A DNA stretch of 64,000 nucleotides. Origin: Neodothiora populina. Lineage: Eukaryota. Location of the stretch: the NCBI RefSeq assembly GCF_041146345.1, contig NW_027191408.1:1240001-1304000 (forward strand). The letters run 5' to 3'. Shown here in pieces: positions 1 through 11,312 of this stretch. Numbering within the stretch: position 1 is the stretch's first letter; each line of letters starts with the position of its first letter. The translations under genes and the position numbers were made by a program. The notes under the pieces were generated by a model. It did no database searches, was not told the origin of the DNA, and was given only the letters and a program-made list of their open reading frames with translations.

Positions 1-1
1 G

Positions 2-454
2 CGTGGCAGGAGCGAAAAGGCGGTCTTGACTTGGACCAAGGAGCAACCTCGCCAACACACATCAGTCGCTTCCCCCAACGACATCAGAACTGTGAGCCGG
101 GGCAGTCTTCAGAGCTCTATACCGTCCAGTATTATGGTCTATCCCACCTTCTCAGGCCCGGCTTGGAGGACGGAGACTTTCACTGCCATGTTGTCAACCC
201 CAACATCTCCTGCGAACGCAAGCTCCGCCTGCATTATATATACTGCTCCCGTCCATTCGAGTCCACCTCTTGCCCCCGAAGTCGTAGAGCAAGACGAAAT
301 CGCGAAGCTCAAATGTCATTACGCCAAGGAGAAGGTCTGCTTCGCATTCATCGGTTGGGTTTGTGGTGTGGCCCTCAAAAGTATGGTCGGAATTTCCAAG
401 ACCATATACTGGGTATTGAAGACTTTGCGGATGGCAGGACGGCGACAGAAGTAG
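2..454 (+). CDS. Unknown S/T-rich single-pass membrane protein, paralogue 1 (5'-partial; tail probably frameshifted, homologous stop at 480)
   Basis: Frame is open from the window edge. C-terminal block EQDEIAKLKCHYAKEKVCFAFIGWVCGVALKSMVGISKTIYWVLKT aligns with ORFs at 1576-1797 and 3840-4643; SPANASSACIIYTAP aligns with SPVNAITGCMTYTTP of copy 2. Confidence 0.65.
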   Translation, partial: RGRSEKAVLTWTKEQPRQHTSVASPNDIRTVSRGSLQSSIPSSIMVYPTFSGPAWRTETFTAMLSTPTSPANASSACIIYTAPVHSSPPLAPEVVEQDEIAKLKCHYAKEKVCFAFIGWVCGVALKSMVGISKTIYWVLKTLRMAGRRQK

Positions 455-915
455 CTGTGGAGACGTCCAAAGCTTCGTAGAATTACACGTCGGCCCTGTC
501 GTCGAAAGGGTCAGCAACAAGTAAGGTCGCAGGCTAAAGCTATACGATATATCTAAGCAACCCGAGCTGATCCTCTTGTCCTATGAGAGACACCTCGGTC
601 ATCACTAATTCATCTCGACTTCCAAACAATCCACACTCGCTTTGAAGAGAACGAACTCGCAACACTTGCGACTTGTACTTTTAGTTAGATACATTACATC
701 GAAGACAATTTTTATACACCTTGAGAGATTAAGCAGTACTAGAAAAGAGCGACCGCGGAATTATTACATGATTCAGCCACACCTATCACGCCGCAGTCGG
801 CACTCCCAGGCACCAGGCCTGAGCCCTTCAATGCGGCAGTGTCTGATCAATTCTAAACAAGAATGTACTCATGCTTAAGCAAGCATGGACGATGCCTAAC
901 CCATGACCAATGAGG

Positions 916-955
916 GCTCGAGTCAACGGTTCCATATGGAACCGTTAACTCGAGC
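916..955. repeat. 40-bp near-perfect palindrome, no spacer, one mismatched pair
   Basis: GCTCGAGTCAACGGTTCCAT|ATGGAACCGTTAACTCGAGC; 19 of 20 pairs complementary. Confidence 0.95.
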
Positions 956-1169
956 GCTTGTGGGAAATGTTCAGGCCGGTCCCATTGAATGCTCGCACCC
1001 CAGAGGAACAGCATCCGTGAGAAATGTCCATTTCTCTGCTATTGTGCCTCGCAGCGTTGAACATGTAGAATAAGAAGGCGATGATTCCGCTTCGCTTGGA
1101 GCAGCATCTCCTCAGTCATCCTGTATTACATCTTCGTCGTTCAACTTGATTCCCTTGAGACCGTTCACA

Positions 1170-1797
1170 ATGAGGGTACAGCCTATCTGTGTCTTTGCTG
1201 CACTTGTTTCGTTGCTCATCGTTGTCAATGTGGCTGCGGAGACACTTGTATCACTCAGCGAGCCTGGCAGGAAGTCCAGCCTTCTAAGGGTGTCCCATGA
1301 CACTCTCCATGCCTACGATAAGTCGACGAGAACATCGAAGGGCATGGAAACAGTCCTTGCCAGTTATGCGAAGTCGGACCATATACGAAGCACGACCACC
1401 AGCAATGTGGGGGACCTTAGCCGTAGCAGGATCCGGACTTCTACATCGTCCAGCGCGATTACATACCACATAGTCTCGAGCTCAAGTCCGAGTGCAGAAC
1501 CGACTGCTGCCATACTGTCAGCTGCACCATCTCCAGTAAACGCAATCACGGGCTGCATGACTTACACTACCCCCTATGTTCTTGCTCAACCCTCGCTATA
1601 CCGAGCAAGATAGAAATGCAGCTGCCGAAAGCAAATATTTTGGGGCAAAGATAGTCTTCGTGGTGATTGGTTTTGTTGTTGGCATAGTCATGCAATCTTT
1701 GGTCGGATTCTTTAAGGTCAAATACTGGGTCATCAAGACGAAGCGTGAGAGCAGAGCGGCTCACGGACAAGCAACAAGAGACACCAACCGCTCATAG
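1170..1797 (+). pseudogene. Paralogue 2 of the same family, split by a frameshift near 1570-1602
   Basis: Signal-peptide-like start MRVQPICVFAALVSLLIVVNVAA and S/T-rich region in one frame (stop 1613). The conserved EQDRNAAAESKY...KYWVIKT block is in the +1 frame (stop 1797). No convincing intron bridges the two. Confidence 0.6.
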
Positions 1798-3839
1798 GTG
1801 CACGCGATGCGCTGTCCTTTCGCCCACTGCATCAACAACGACTCTTACCAAGGCCGAAAAGTTACATATTTAACGTTCTCTCTAAGCAACTCGAGCTCAC
1901 AATTTGTGACTTTCTGATTTCATATGAAACGTTTCGATTGCTTCTGATTCTTCAAGACTTTCATTAAAGCTCCATTTTATACACATATCTATCAAACTTG
2001 TGCGACATCTACTTTGATTTAGAACACATTCCAGAAGAAAAGCTCCATTTCCGTGTCTCCTTGAACAGACATTTCTAGTCTCTGATTACATCGAAGAACG
2101 TAATCGAAGTAGAGTTTTTGACAGTTCCCAGAAAAGATTGGGAAAGATAAAATAGATAAATCGTCGTGTAGTCAAGTTCAGCAAAATATTTAGCGTGCAA
2201 CTATAGTTAGTCACAACCGTTTCATTCCACAGTGGTCCACGGTTTTTGTGATTCATTCTCGTCCAGCATCATCTTAAGAGGGCAGTGCTGGATACAGATC
2301 TCACTATTCTAAGTTAAGATGTTTGGACTACAGGTACCAACGGCACAGTCGGAAGATAGACATACTTCGGGACCTCCATATTAACACGCTTCAGTCAAGG
2401 TTAATGCTCAGAAATAATAGGCGTGCTATTGAAAGCCTTCTACGAAGATTGTGACCGAATTGGTGGGACGGGATTCGCGGGCGGATTGTGCTCCGCGGTC
2501 GATCCCGTCCTGATTACAATTGCTATGTGCGGAATGATACAGATGACATGGGTGGTGATCTGCTTTTTAAGCATCTGGGAAGTGCTCCAGGCAATCCCAG
2601 GAATGATTGAGGGTAAGGTAGGGACCCGTTGTTGTGTTCCTGAAAGGGACGGCATATTTACCATACCTGCGTTACCTTCCTCTTCCATTAGCGACTGTGC
2701 AGACTTTCTTTAATCTTAGATAGGATTTCTGAAGTCATGACACTACAAGTACTTGGCAGATTTTTCTAAACGTCAATTGTACGCGGGTCACGCTGACTCG
2801 AATTTCTTTATCTCGAGCCCGACATGCGGTGTACGATTTCGTGGCTGCTCTCGGATGACTCCCAAGCCTATGAATGCGGTTCGCGGAGTCGTGGCATCTC
2901 TCGGTGGCTAACGCCATTATATGCTATTCTGTCGATCACAGGCGCCATATCAAGGCAGATACGATCAAGTGCGGTAACGGCGCGGTGCGGCGCGGTGCAG
3001 TAGATACTTACTTTAGGGCTTGTGAAACGCGGTCCATATAGGAGTTCATTTCGAGGTTTTCTGATGCTGCATCAATCTCACATGAATCGCCTTCACAATG
3101 TCATATCACGCACGCACGATCTTGCCCCTCAAGGAGCGCTATTCCTGACGGAGTGCTGTGGATCCTTTGCCAGCGCGGCAGCATGGCTGATGGAATGCTG
3201 CAAGCTCCCCATTCCCCGGCTCTGTTAGTGCGGTACCTCCTCCGGTAAAATAGAGTGACATCGATCAAGGATTATAGTGTCTGACAGGTACAGTAAGGTA
3301 CTCACTTAGCATGCGACACTTCTCAATGTCTCGGATTGTAGTGCGATAGACTTCGCCGCCTCGTGGCTAATCAAACAGGCCGAACGTTGTGTTCAGCACC
3401 TTGATCTGTACACCTTCGCCCTCGGACATGAATATCGAGGCAGCTTATCAAGTACATCTTGCAGGTATATCGAAGTGAAACAACATTAACAGTACTTCGG
3501 ATGGAGACCCGCTCCACCAGAACTCTAACGTGCTCACCGTAGTTGCCAATGAGTATTTTGTGCTTGTCAAGTGTGAGCGGCACCCTTCGAGGTTCCGAAT
3601 AGCATTCGCTTAGGTCCTGGCCAATCCAGAGTCGTTGCGTGATATCGCCTCAAAGGACAGGTAGGCAAGTGACAGGTAGTGGGTGGTTTGAGCAAACTTC
3701 CACGGACATGTGAGACCTTTCCTGTTGATCGAGTACATAATATGGCAAGCTCGCTATTCCAGATCCAGCGGCATTGTCTCTTTCCCTTCTTCTTTAGACA
3801 CTCTGTCCTGCCATCATCATTCGTACAGATCTTTTGAAC

Positions 3840-4643
3840 ATGTTCTCCCTACTACTTCGCCTATTCCTTCTCATGGCTGTGTTGCCATTGACGAGATCGG
3901 ATTTCGCTGCTTATACATATTCGCCTCGCACCGACTTGGGAGGAAGACCAAGAAGCTCGGCTATGATCTCCCGGCTTAGCAACACAAGCATAGTTATTCT
4001 TCATCCCGGACCGACACAGGATCACCACAGTCTATCTGTCGTTCTCCTATCTCCAAGTCCGACATCCTCTCGACTTTTGTCCAACGGAATTGCAGAGGAG
4101 TTTTGTGCTAAGTGCACAACAAGTCTATCAAACCACTTGAGCGACTGCCCTGCGGAATGTACCGTCACAGGACTTCACAGTGTTTTCTCCTCTGAGTCTG
4201 TTCGTCATGGCACGAGGAGTTTTCCCGCACACTCGTATGCTAGCGCCAGTAGTTCGTGGACTGCTGATCTCGCCATCGCTTCCGTGTCGACGTTACCGAG
4301 TGTTGTTCCTCGTCCGGACCCTACCCAGTCGGTAGCAACGACAGTCGATAGCATCGCCACGCCATCCAGTCCACAGTCGCCATCGATTCCAGCATCAACA
4401 TGTGTCGCCCCAGTTACTCCTCACTGTTCAACTGTATCATCTGTCGCCGAGCAGAGTAAGACAGCCGCTCTCGAAGGACAATACTATAGAGCTCAAGTCG
4501 CCAGTGTGATAGTCAGTCTTGGCGTGAGCAGCATCATCAGTATCTTGGTCGGACTGTTCACCATCAAGTATTGGATCTACAAGACCAGACGGGAAGAGAG
4601 GACAGGTACGGAATCATTCCTGCTTGGAGTCAGTAGATCTTGA
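3840..4643 (+). CDS. Paralogue 3, intact: signal peptide, small Cys cluster, S/T-rich stalk, C-terminal TM helix, short tail
   Basis: MFSLLLRLFLLMAVLPLTRS leader; EQSKTAALEGQYYRAQVASVIVSLGVSSIISILVGLFTIKYWIYKT block shared with copies 1 and 2. Confidence 0.75.
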   Translation: MFSLLLRLFLLMAVLPLTRSDFAAYTYSPRTDLGGRPRSSAMISRLSNTSIVILHPGPTQDHHSLSVVLLSPSPTSSRLLSNGIAEEFCAKCTTSLSNHLSDCPAECTVTGLHSVFSSESVRHGTRSFPAHSYASASSSWTADLAIASVSTLPSVVPRPDPTQSVATTVDSIATPSSPQSPSIPASTCVAPVTPHCSTVSSVAEQSKTAALEGQYYRAQVASVIVSLGVSSIISILVGLFTIKYWIYKTRREERTGTESFLLGVSRS

Positions 4644-5187
4644 AATGGTCGACCTGTTCTTGATCTATGTGGCAACGAGATCCAACTACAAGCGAAGGAC
4701 CTGCACCGCATGGAAACTGAACCTTCCACCGAGTCATTCCGAGTACCCCTTGCATTAAGATCATGGAACCGTATATCAGGACCGTCACGGGCCTCTCTGT
4801 ACTTGCTTTTCTTTCTTTTCAAGTCTCGGTCTAGCTTGGATGTCGGCCTCAAGCGTTACGATTGTCAATCGTTTTTTATCTCTTTTCTGATCAATTCTCC
4901 CATTTCATCTCGACCATGCTAGTTGCATGTTGCGATTCAGTCTGTACGTACTTCAATCTAGCTCTTTTGAGGACCAAAAGCACAGTTGTATCTTCGTAGC
5001 CTCAACCCTAGTCTTCCCATCTACACTTGAGACTTTCCGCATACCGACCTATCATGCCCCGTCCTAAACCCTCGACTCCCACACAAAGCAGACGCTCAGA
5101 CCCGACCACTAAACCCAAGAGCAGTCACTCAGCCCGAGACCAGTCCAAGCGTAATATTCACAGCAAAAAGAAGAAAGACAAGAAGAT

Positions 5188-5298
5188 TGCAGCTTCTGTG
5201 GATCGAACACAGTACCTCCAGATACCGCACAGAATAATGCTTTGTTGAACTGAAAGTAGAACTTCAGTCTGGCGCTCTCCCAAGTGAGCTAAAGCTGC
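5188..5298 (-). tRNA. tRNA-Phe(GAA) with 38-nt intron (5224-5261)
   Basis: Spliced sequence GCAGCTTTAGCTCACTTGGGAGAGCGCCAGACTGAAG/ATCTGGAGGTACTGTGTTCGATCCACAGAAGCTGCA folds as a cloverleaf and closely resembles yeast tRNA-Phe. Intron follows position 37; T-run downstream. Confidence 0.95.
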
Positions 5299-6380
5299 TT
5301 AGTGTTTCGTGAGTGTCACGTGATGGCAAAACCTCTGACAAAACTTATATATAGCTCAACAGTAAAAGGTCGGATTGACTCAAGAGGCCTCAATTGCATT
5401 CGATACAGCTGGTGGTATACTGCATCTACGCGTGGGAAGTGCTTGTTCTTTTTATATCCTCCAAACGTTTGTTGTTCACGAGGCATGCACTTAGAGATGA
5501 AAAGGAAAGGCCGATATCTCGCCTCCAAAGAGGTAAGCTTGCGGGTTGATGAAGTGTTTGAAGAATAGAAGTATATTATGCGTATGCAAAACCGAATCAG
5601 ATGAAGAAAATCATATCATTCCAATTCGAAGATACATGGCCAGCTTGCCTCAATTTTTGAATGTGTGAGTGTGTACATATCATGTACCAATGACGATGAG
5701 ATCGAGAGGAGTATAGTATGGACTTTACAATACCAGAGGACAGGGTTGCCCTCTCGATCTGTCGGTTAGGCGTAATATCGAGAAAAATATGTAGAGCGTT
5801 CAATTCCATGACATATTGACTCTGTATATAGAAGACAAGATGGGGAGCCTGGTGATGATATAGCTGGCAAGTACGAGATACCACAACTGTGATCACGATG
5901 GAGGGAAAAAGTCGCTTCTAGTGTGGGAGGGTTGTTCACGACAGACGGTCGGACCGCCTATGTATATTATGCTAGGTCTTGATGAACCCAAGAAAGCAGC
6001 AAGCACAAGCAATGTGATCTAAAAAAGAAAAGGGAAAATTGTGGATAACCAAGCGTGAAACTTCCACAAGGCAAAAAAGACAGGGTGGTTTATGAGTAAA
6101 GAAAAAGCTTCCCGCTTGACATAATCAAGATCTCCCAACTCCAACTCCTTTCGCTGATGGTGTATTGCCCCGTGAACCAGAAAAGAGAAATTCATGCAAG
6201 ACCCAGACGCCAACGTCGCTCAGATCAATTGTATGGGGGATTCTACCCCTCCTTCTTATGCTCCGGGATGTTTGACACCCATCTATATCGTCCCTATGCC
6301 ATATTCTCTTGTCCCATATGCGCGATTTCTGTCGTGCGCTATCATGATCGTTGCCGTCCGTCTTTTCGTCCTGTATACAG

Positions 6381-9300
6381 TCACGGCTTTGTTGTTCGAC
6401 TGTGTCGATGTTGATGGTGTGTTTGTTGATGACGTCGGTTCGTCTCGGCGGATGTATCCTTCCTGCCGCCGACAGGCACATCGTCCAGCCAAATGTCTCC
6501 TCCTTCGCCTCTCTCCCACTTACTCCATGCTTCCTCCATGGCATCTTCTAGGTCGTGAACCCAACGCTTCGTGTCGAACAATCCACTGCTCCATCTTCCC
6601 TCGGTAAGCAGTCGTCTCAGTTCTACCAATCTCCCGCGGCCAAACCCGACATCTCGACTGCCGCTTTTAGGGTAATAGAGTCCACGACCGAGTTGGATGG
6701 CGAGGTTCTCATACTCTTCCTCCGAATCGGCAATCAGATCCCGTTCGCATTGTCGTCGTTGAACGGGATCGCGAGGTAGCGCGCCGCGTAGAATACTAGC
6801 AGCCATGCGCGAACACATCTTATATTCCCATCTCGGTCGCGTCAGCAATGGAGTTCCGCTCCACAGACAATCGGCAGCTGTGGTGTGAGCATTGCACTCT
6901 GCCGTGTCGAGGAACAGATCGCAGACTTTGGCCCGAGCGATATGGAGATGTTTGGGGGCGACATCCGTGAAGATTATGCGAGACGCTACCGAATGACCGG
7001 CCCAGAGAGCTGCTGTGCTTTTCAAGTGGGACTCGCCTAGGTCTGGGAACCGTAGGAGCCAGAGGATGCTGTTTGGTACGGCGCTGAGAATACGTAGCCA
7101 GGTCCTGAAGGTAGTCGGTTCGATCTAGGACAAATTGTGTTAACTACAGTTCGTTTCACTGCGCCACAGGTGGTCTTACCTTGTAAAGCTGATTGAAGTT
7201 GGCGAAGATGATTGCATCATCAGCGAGAGTAGGGAAGAGTTCCTTGCGCATATGCCACCTTCGCTTCTGCTCTTCATCCCAGTCCAACTTTTCCTCCTGG
7301 CTGTCGGGTGCGGATTGTTTGTGATCGCAGCAAAAGAAAGTATCTCTGCAATATATGATGTTCTCACCGTACACCCAATCATCGCCCCGCTCGTCACTAC
7401 TGACATTTGGACCATCGTTATCATCCACCAGGGCGTCTTCTATATCCACGTTCCTGCGCCAAGGACGCAAAACAGACGGCGGAACCGCGGTCTCGTCAGC
7501 GAGCAAGTAGTCGCACCACTCCGCGCCCAAGGTACCAGCGAAGCCCATGAAGCTCATTTGTATAGGAGCCGGTCGAGCAGCGAAGACTTCGTTTCTTGCC
7601 CCTCGAGTGTACCCATTCAGATTTACTAGAATGTGACATCCATCTTCCACTATTTTATTTACCAATTGTTCACTAGACCATTGTGAGGCATCTCGGAAGA
7701 CAGGCGCTTCTTGCTCGATTTGCTGACGATGTATGCTGCGATCCGAAGCGGTGGTCGCGTAACAAATGGCTTGAGCTCGCGTCGGGTCGTGCAGACCGAA
7801 GACTGATTGCATAAGGTGCGCCAACGGGTGATTGTTGAAGTCTGAGCTCACGTACCCCACCTTTAAGAATGGTCGAGGAGGAGGCGGAGGAGAGGAAACA
7901 GTCGCTCTCAGCCAAGGCAAGCGAAGAGTCGAAGCCGAGATACGGTAGCCGTTGCGTTGCGAGATCAATCGAATCTGCTTTGCGGACATAGGTGCTGTAA
8001 AGGTATGAAACGGTAGAACAGTTGGAGCGTGAGGTACAGGCAATGTTGCTGGAAGATAAGGTCGTAGATAGCTGCTGTGAGGACGTGGTCGCTTTCGAAC
8101 GTACTTATCCTGGTACCACTGCCATGTGACACGCTTGCTGGCACGCTCGACTAGCCGTGTGACGCGCGCGCCCTCCCACTTCTTGCCGGTCCAGGCGTAT
8201 AGCGTCTTCCGTAGTCGATCTCGTCTTTGCATTGCATCATCATCTGAACCCTCCAGACCGGTCAAGTGTCGTGCCAAAGTCTCCACGATTGATGGCGTCA
8301 AGACACCCCGTCCCCAGTCTTCGCCGTCGACGAGTTGCTTTTCCACGATGTCGACAACTCGCTTGATCCATCCAGAGCTCACAGTCCCGGGTGCGCTTCC
8401 GTCAATGAGCATACCTCGATGATCAACGTGCCATCGGTCTCTTTTCGCACCGTCATTTGCGATACCACCTCTTGACTGCCACCCACACACTGAGTTGAGA
8501 GCATTCGCGAGGCCGCAAACAGCTTCTGCGAATGAGGGATTGACATCTACAGCCCGCTTGTAGTATTCAATGGCATCACTGATTCTGCCCTTGTCCTTGA
8601 CGGCATTGGCAAGGTTCGCTAGCGCTATGTCGAACTTTGCATCACACTGCACGGCTGACTTATACATCTCGATCGCAGCGTCAAGTTGTCCGATATCTTT
8701 GAGTAAAGATCCAAGGTTTGTGTAGAGATGAGCATGTCGATTGTCCAACATGAGACCATAGTTATAGTATGCAAGAGCCAATGCGATGCCACTGCCTGGA
8801 GCGACACCAGGTATGCTGTGCTTCATCGAGCGTTGCTGCTGCTGAAGCACTGATCTGGCGACCGGTGCGATTTGCTGAACACCTGCGAGTAGGATCCCGA
8901 CATTGTTAGCCGTCGAAGGGCTTGGCTGGAGGGAAAGAGAGAGATAGTATATAGCTAATATGTCTCTGACACCTCCAATCATACGCTTGTCCGGGTCCTG
9001 GGAACTGATCGTCATGTTGTCCTGAAATATCTTTGCTAATGAGAGCAAAGAATTACTTGTTGTGGCAATGGCGGCATTCTTAGCGACACTTCCTGAGGCA
9101 CAAGGAACGTATCGAAGGCCAGCCAGCTCTCCGCAGTGAGGGAAGCACGCACGGGCAGTTTGAGCTGCTTGTTCGGGGTAAAGCAACACTGGGTCATTAT
9201 CGTTCGGCGTTGGTAGTTGTGCTGGTGCTCCCGGAGATGTTTGAGCTGTTATCGTTGATAAAACGTGCTTAACTAGTCCCTGCACACTTGCAAAGTTGCG

Positions 9301-11312
9301 ACCCAGGGCGAGGAGTACCGCATCCTCAAAGGACTTTGCAGCGCCGAGATTGTCGCCCATCGAATAGAGCATGTTGCCTTTAGCATGTATCAATGCTAGT
9401 ATACGACCGTTGTCACAGCCAGGGATGGCATAGCCACTGGTTCCGAATCCTGGCTCAGAAGGGTTGGTGTGTTCCTTTCCAAAATAGTCGCCCTCTGCGT
9501 CATAATCGAAGTGCACTTTGTCAGACGCATCTGAGAGGGAAGGAGATTTGCTCGTGTTCGACATAGAGCAGTCGTCGTGGCTATCGTGACCTCGATGTGG
9601 TTCGTGTGACTTGGCGATTCGCAACGTGTGCTGAACGTAGTCGATGATGTTTATGGCATCTCTTGCTCTGTGGCTCTGACAAAGCAGGCCCACTAGATGT
9701 TCGACGGCCTCGAAATGATATGGCGCATCCCTCACGACTTTCCTCCAGTGCTGCTCGGCTTCGTTTGGCTGTCCCAGCAACACTAAAGTTGCGGCAAGGT
9801 TAGATGCAGCTTCAATATGTCTATCTCAATATCAGCAACATGGTCATGGTTCCTAGACAGTGAAGACATACTTTGGATCAAGCTCGAGGACTTTTTCGTA
9901 CCACCTCTGCGCCTTTGCGTGATTGCCAAGACCATAGGCTAAGCAGCCGCCCAGATGCATTCCATCGATCCACTGCCAATCAGTCTCTTGGCATAACTTC
10001 GAGACTACAGCAAGTGCGCTGATCGCTCGCGATGGCGGAGAATTGTCTTGTCCGTCAATTATCTGGGCGACTGAAGTGACCGGGCTGGACAGATGTCTCA
10101 TAGGCTGAGGACGTTGACTGGCAGTGGCGGAGCGGTATGACGACGGCGGTGGCATCTTCCTGTCAAGCTGTTGCTCACGATTAAGAGCATCACGAAGGGG
10201 GTATGGTGTTGACTCTGTCGGCCTTGGGGTAGAGTCATCTGCCTGCACAGCAAGTTCAGGATGTGACGGACTCGGAAAAGGTGCGCCAGATAGCTTCGGA
10301 GGTTGAGGGTAAAAGCTCGGTCGTGGTTGAGCGGAAGAAGTTTGGCCGTTCTGTTGTTTGAGTTTCTTGACTTGATGTACATATGACAAGAGGTCGCGAT
10401 ATACCTGTAAAGCCCAATGAAGGATCTCTTCACGATACTGAGCAGTAGCAGGTGAGGGTCCCAGTGGCGGACCCTGATCGTGCATTCGTGTAGGATCTAC
10501 AGCACAGTCAGCTTTACATTTGAAGCAGCAGCACGTTTCAATGCTGGTTTGCATCCGGGAGGCCTACCTGGGGTTCCGTGTGGGTGGGGTAGAGCCAGCC
10601 CACCGTGGGTAAGTGTAGGCCAATTCGCACTTCTTGACGAAGATGACACTGGGTATGCCAACGGCATGAGGGCTTCATGCTGCCAAGTTGACATTCTGCC
10701 ACAACCACCATCACCATCCCATCGAACATCAGCTTGTTGTTGAGTAGCGTTAAATCGTGGATCTCTCTGGGCAGCTGGACGATAGGGAATGTACGTTCCG
10801 TCGTTCCAATACGGTCCATAGGGTCCTCTACCTTCTGTGCCAGAGGCAGTAGGACCCAGATGCTGGAATGGTGGCTGAATAACAGAGGGCACGGTTTGAT
10901 TGTATGTTTGAAGAGAATGCAGCTGTCGATAAGGGCCTTGCTGAAGGAAAGAATCTAACTGGGGAAACTGCCCATAACCATGCGGGATGTCATTACGCGG
11001 AATGAGTGTGTACTTCACAGGTTGTGTATCATGAGCGTTACTCTCATATGCACCGTTGATTGTGCCACCGGGGGTTTTGCGTCGCAGCATGTGTTCCGAC
11101 GTAGTCAACACTGCACCAGCGACCGGAGCAGCATTCTCTACATAGCCTGAGTGTCCCTGAACAGGGTACGCAACTTGTCGAGATTCTCGTCCAGGAGCTG
11201 AGCCCGTCGCGAAAGTCGCGGATGTACTTTGGTCTGGATACATGCCATAATGTGACGGGAAACTAGCATGGCGACCGAGGAAGGGCGGATGATTCATAAT
11301 TGTACAGTTCAT
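6381..11312 (-). CDS. ogt: O-GlcNAc transferase (GT41, TPR-containing); exons 11312-10568, 10496-9872, 9820-7180, 7124-6381; start codon uncertain
   Basis: TPR repeats (YTNLGSLLKDIGQ, ANLANAVKDKGR); GT41 motifs VGYVSSDFNNHPLAHL, NLNGYTRGARNE, NFNQLYK/IEP, LFLDT..CNAHTT. Three GT-AG introns restore the frame. Confidence 0.92.

Noticed and set aside
2423..3583. Short ORFs between paralogues 2 and 3 as a fourth copy or a transposon relic
   Set aside because: No EQ...YW..KT motif, no transposase or RT motifs and no terminal repeats were seen.
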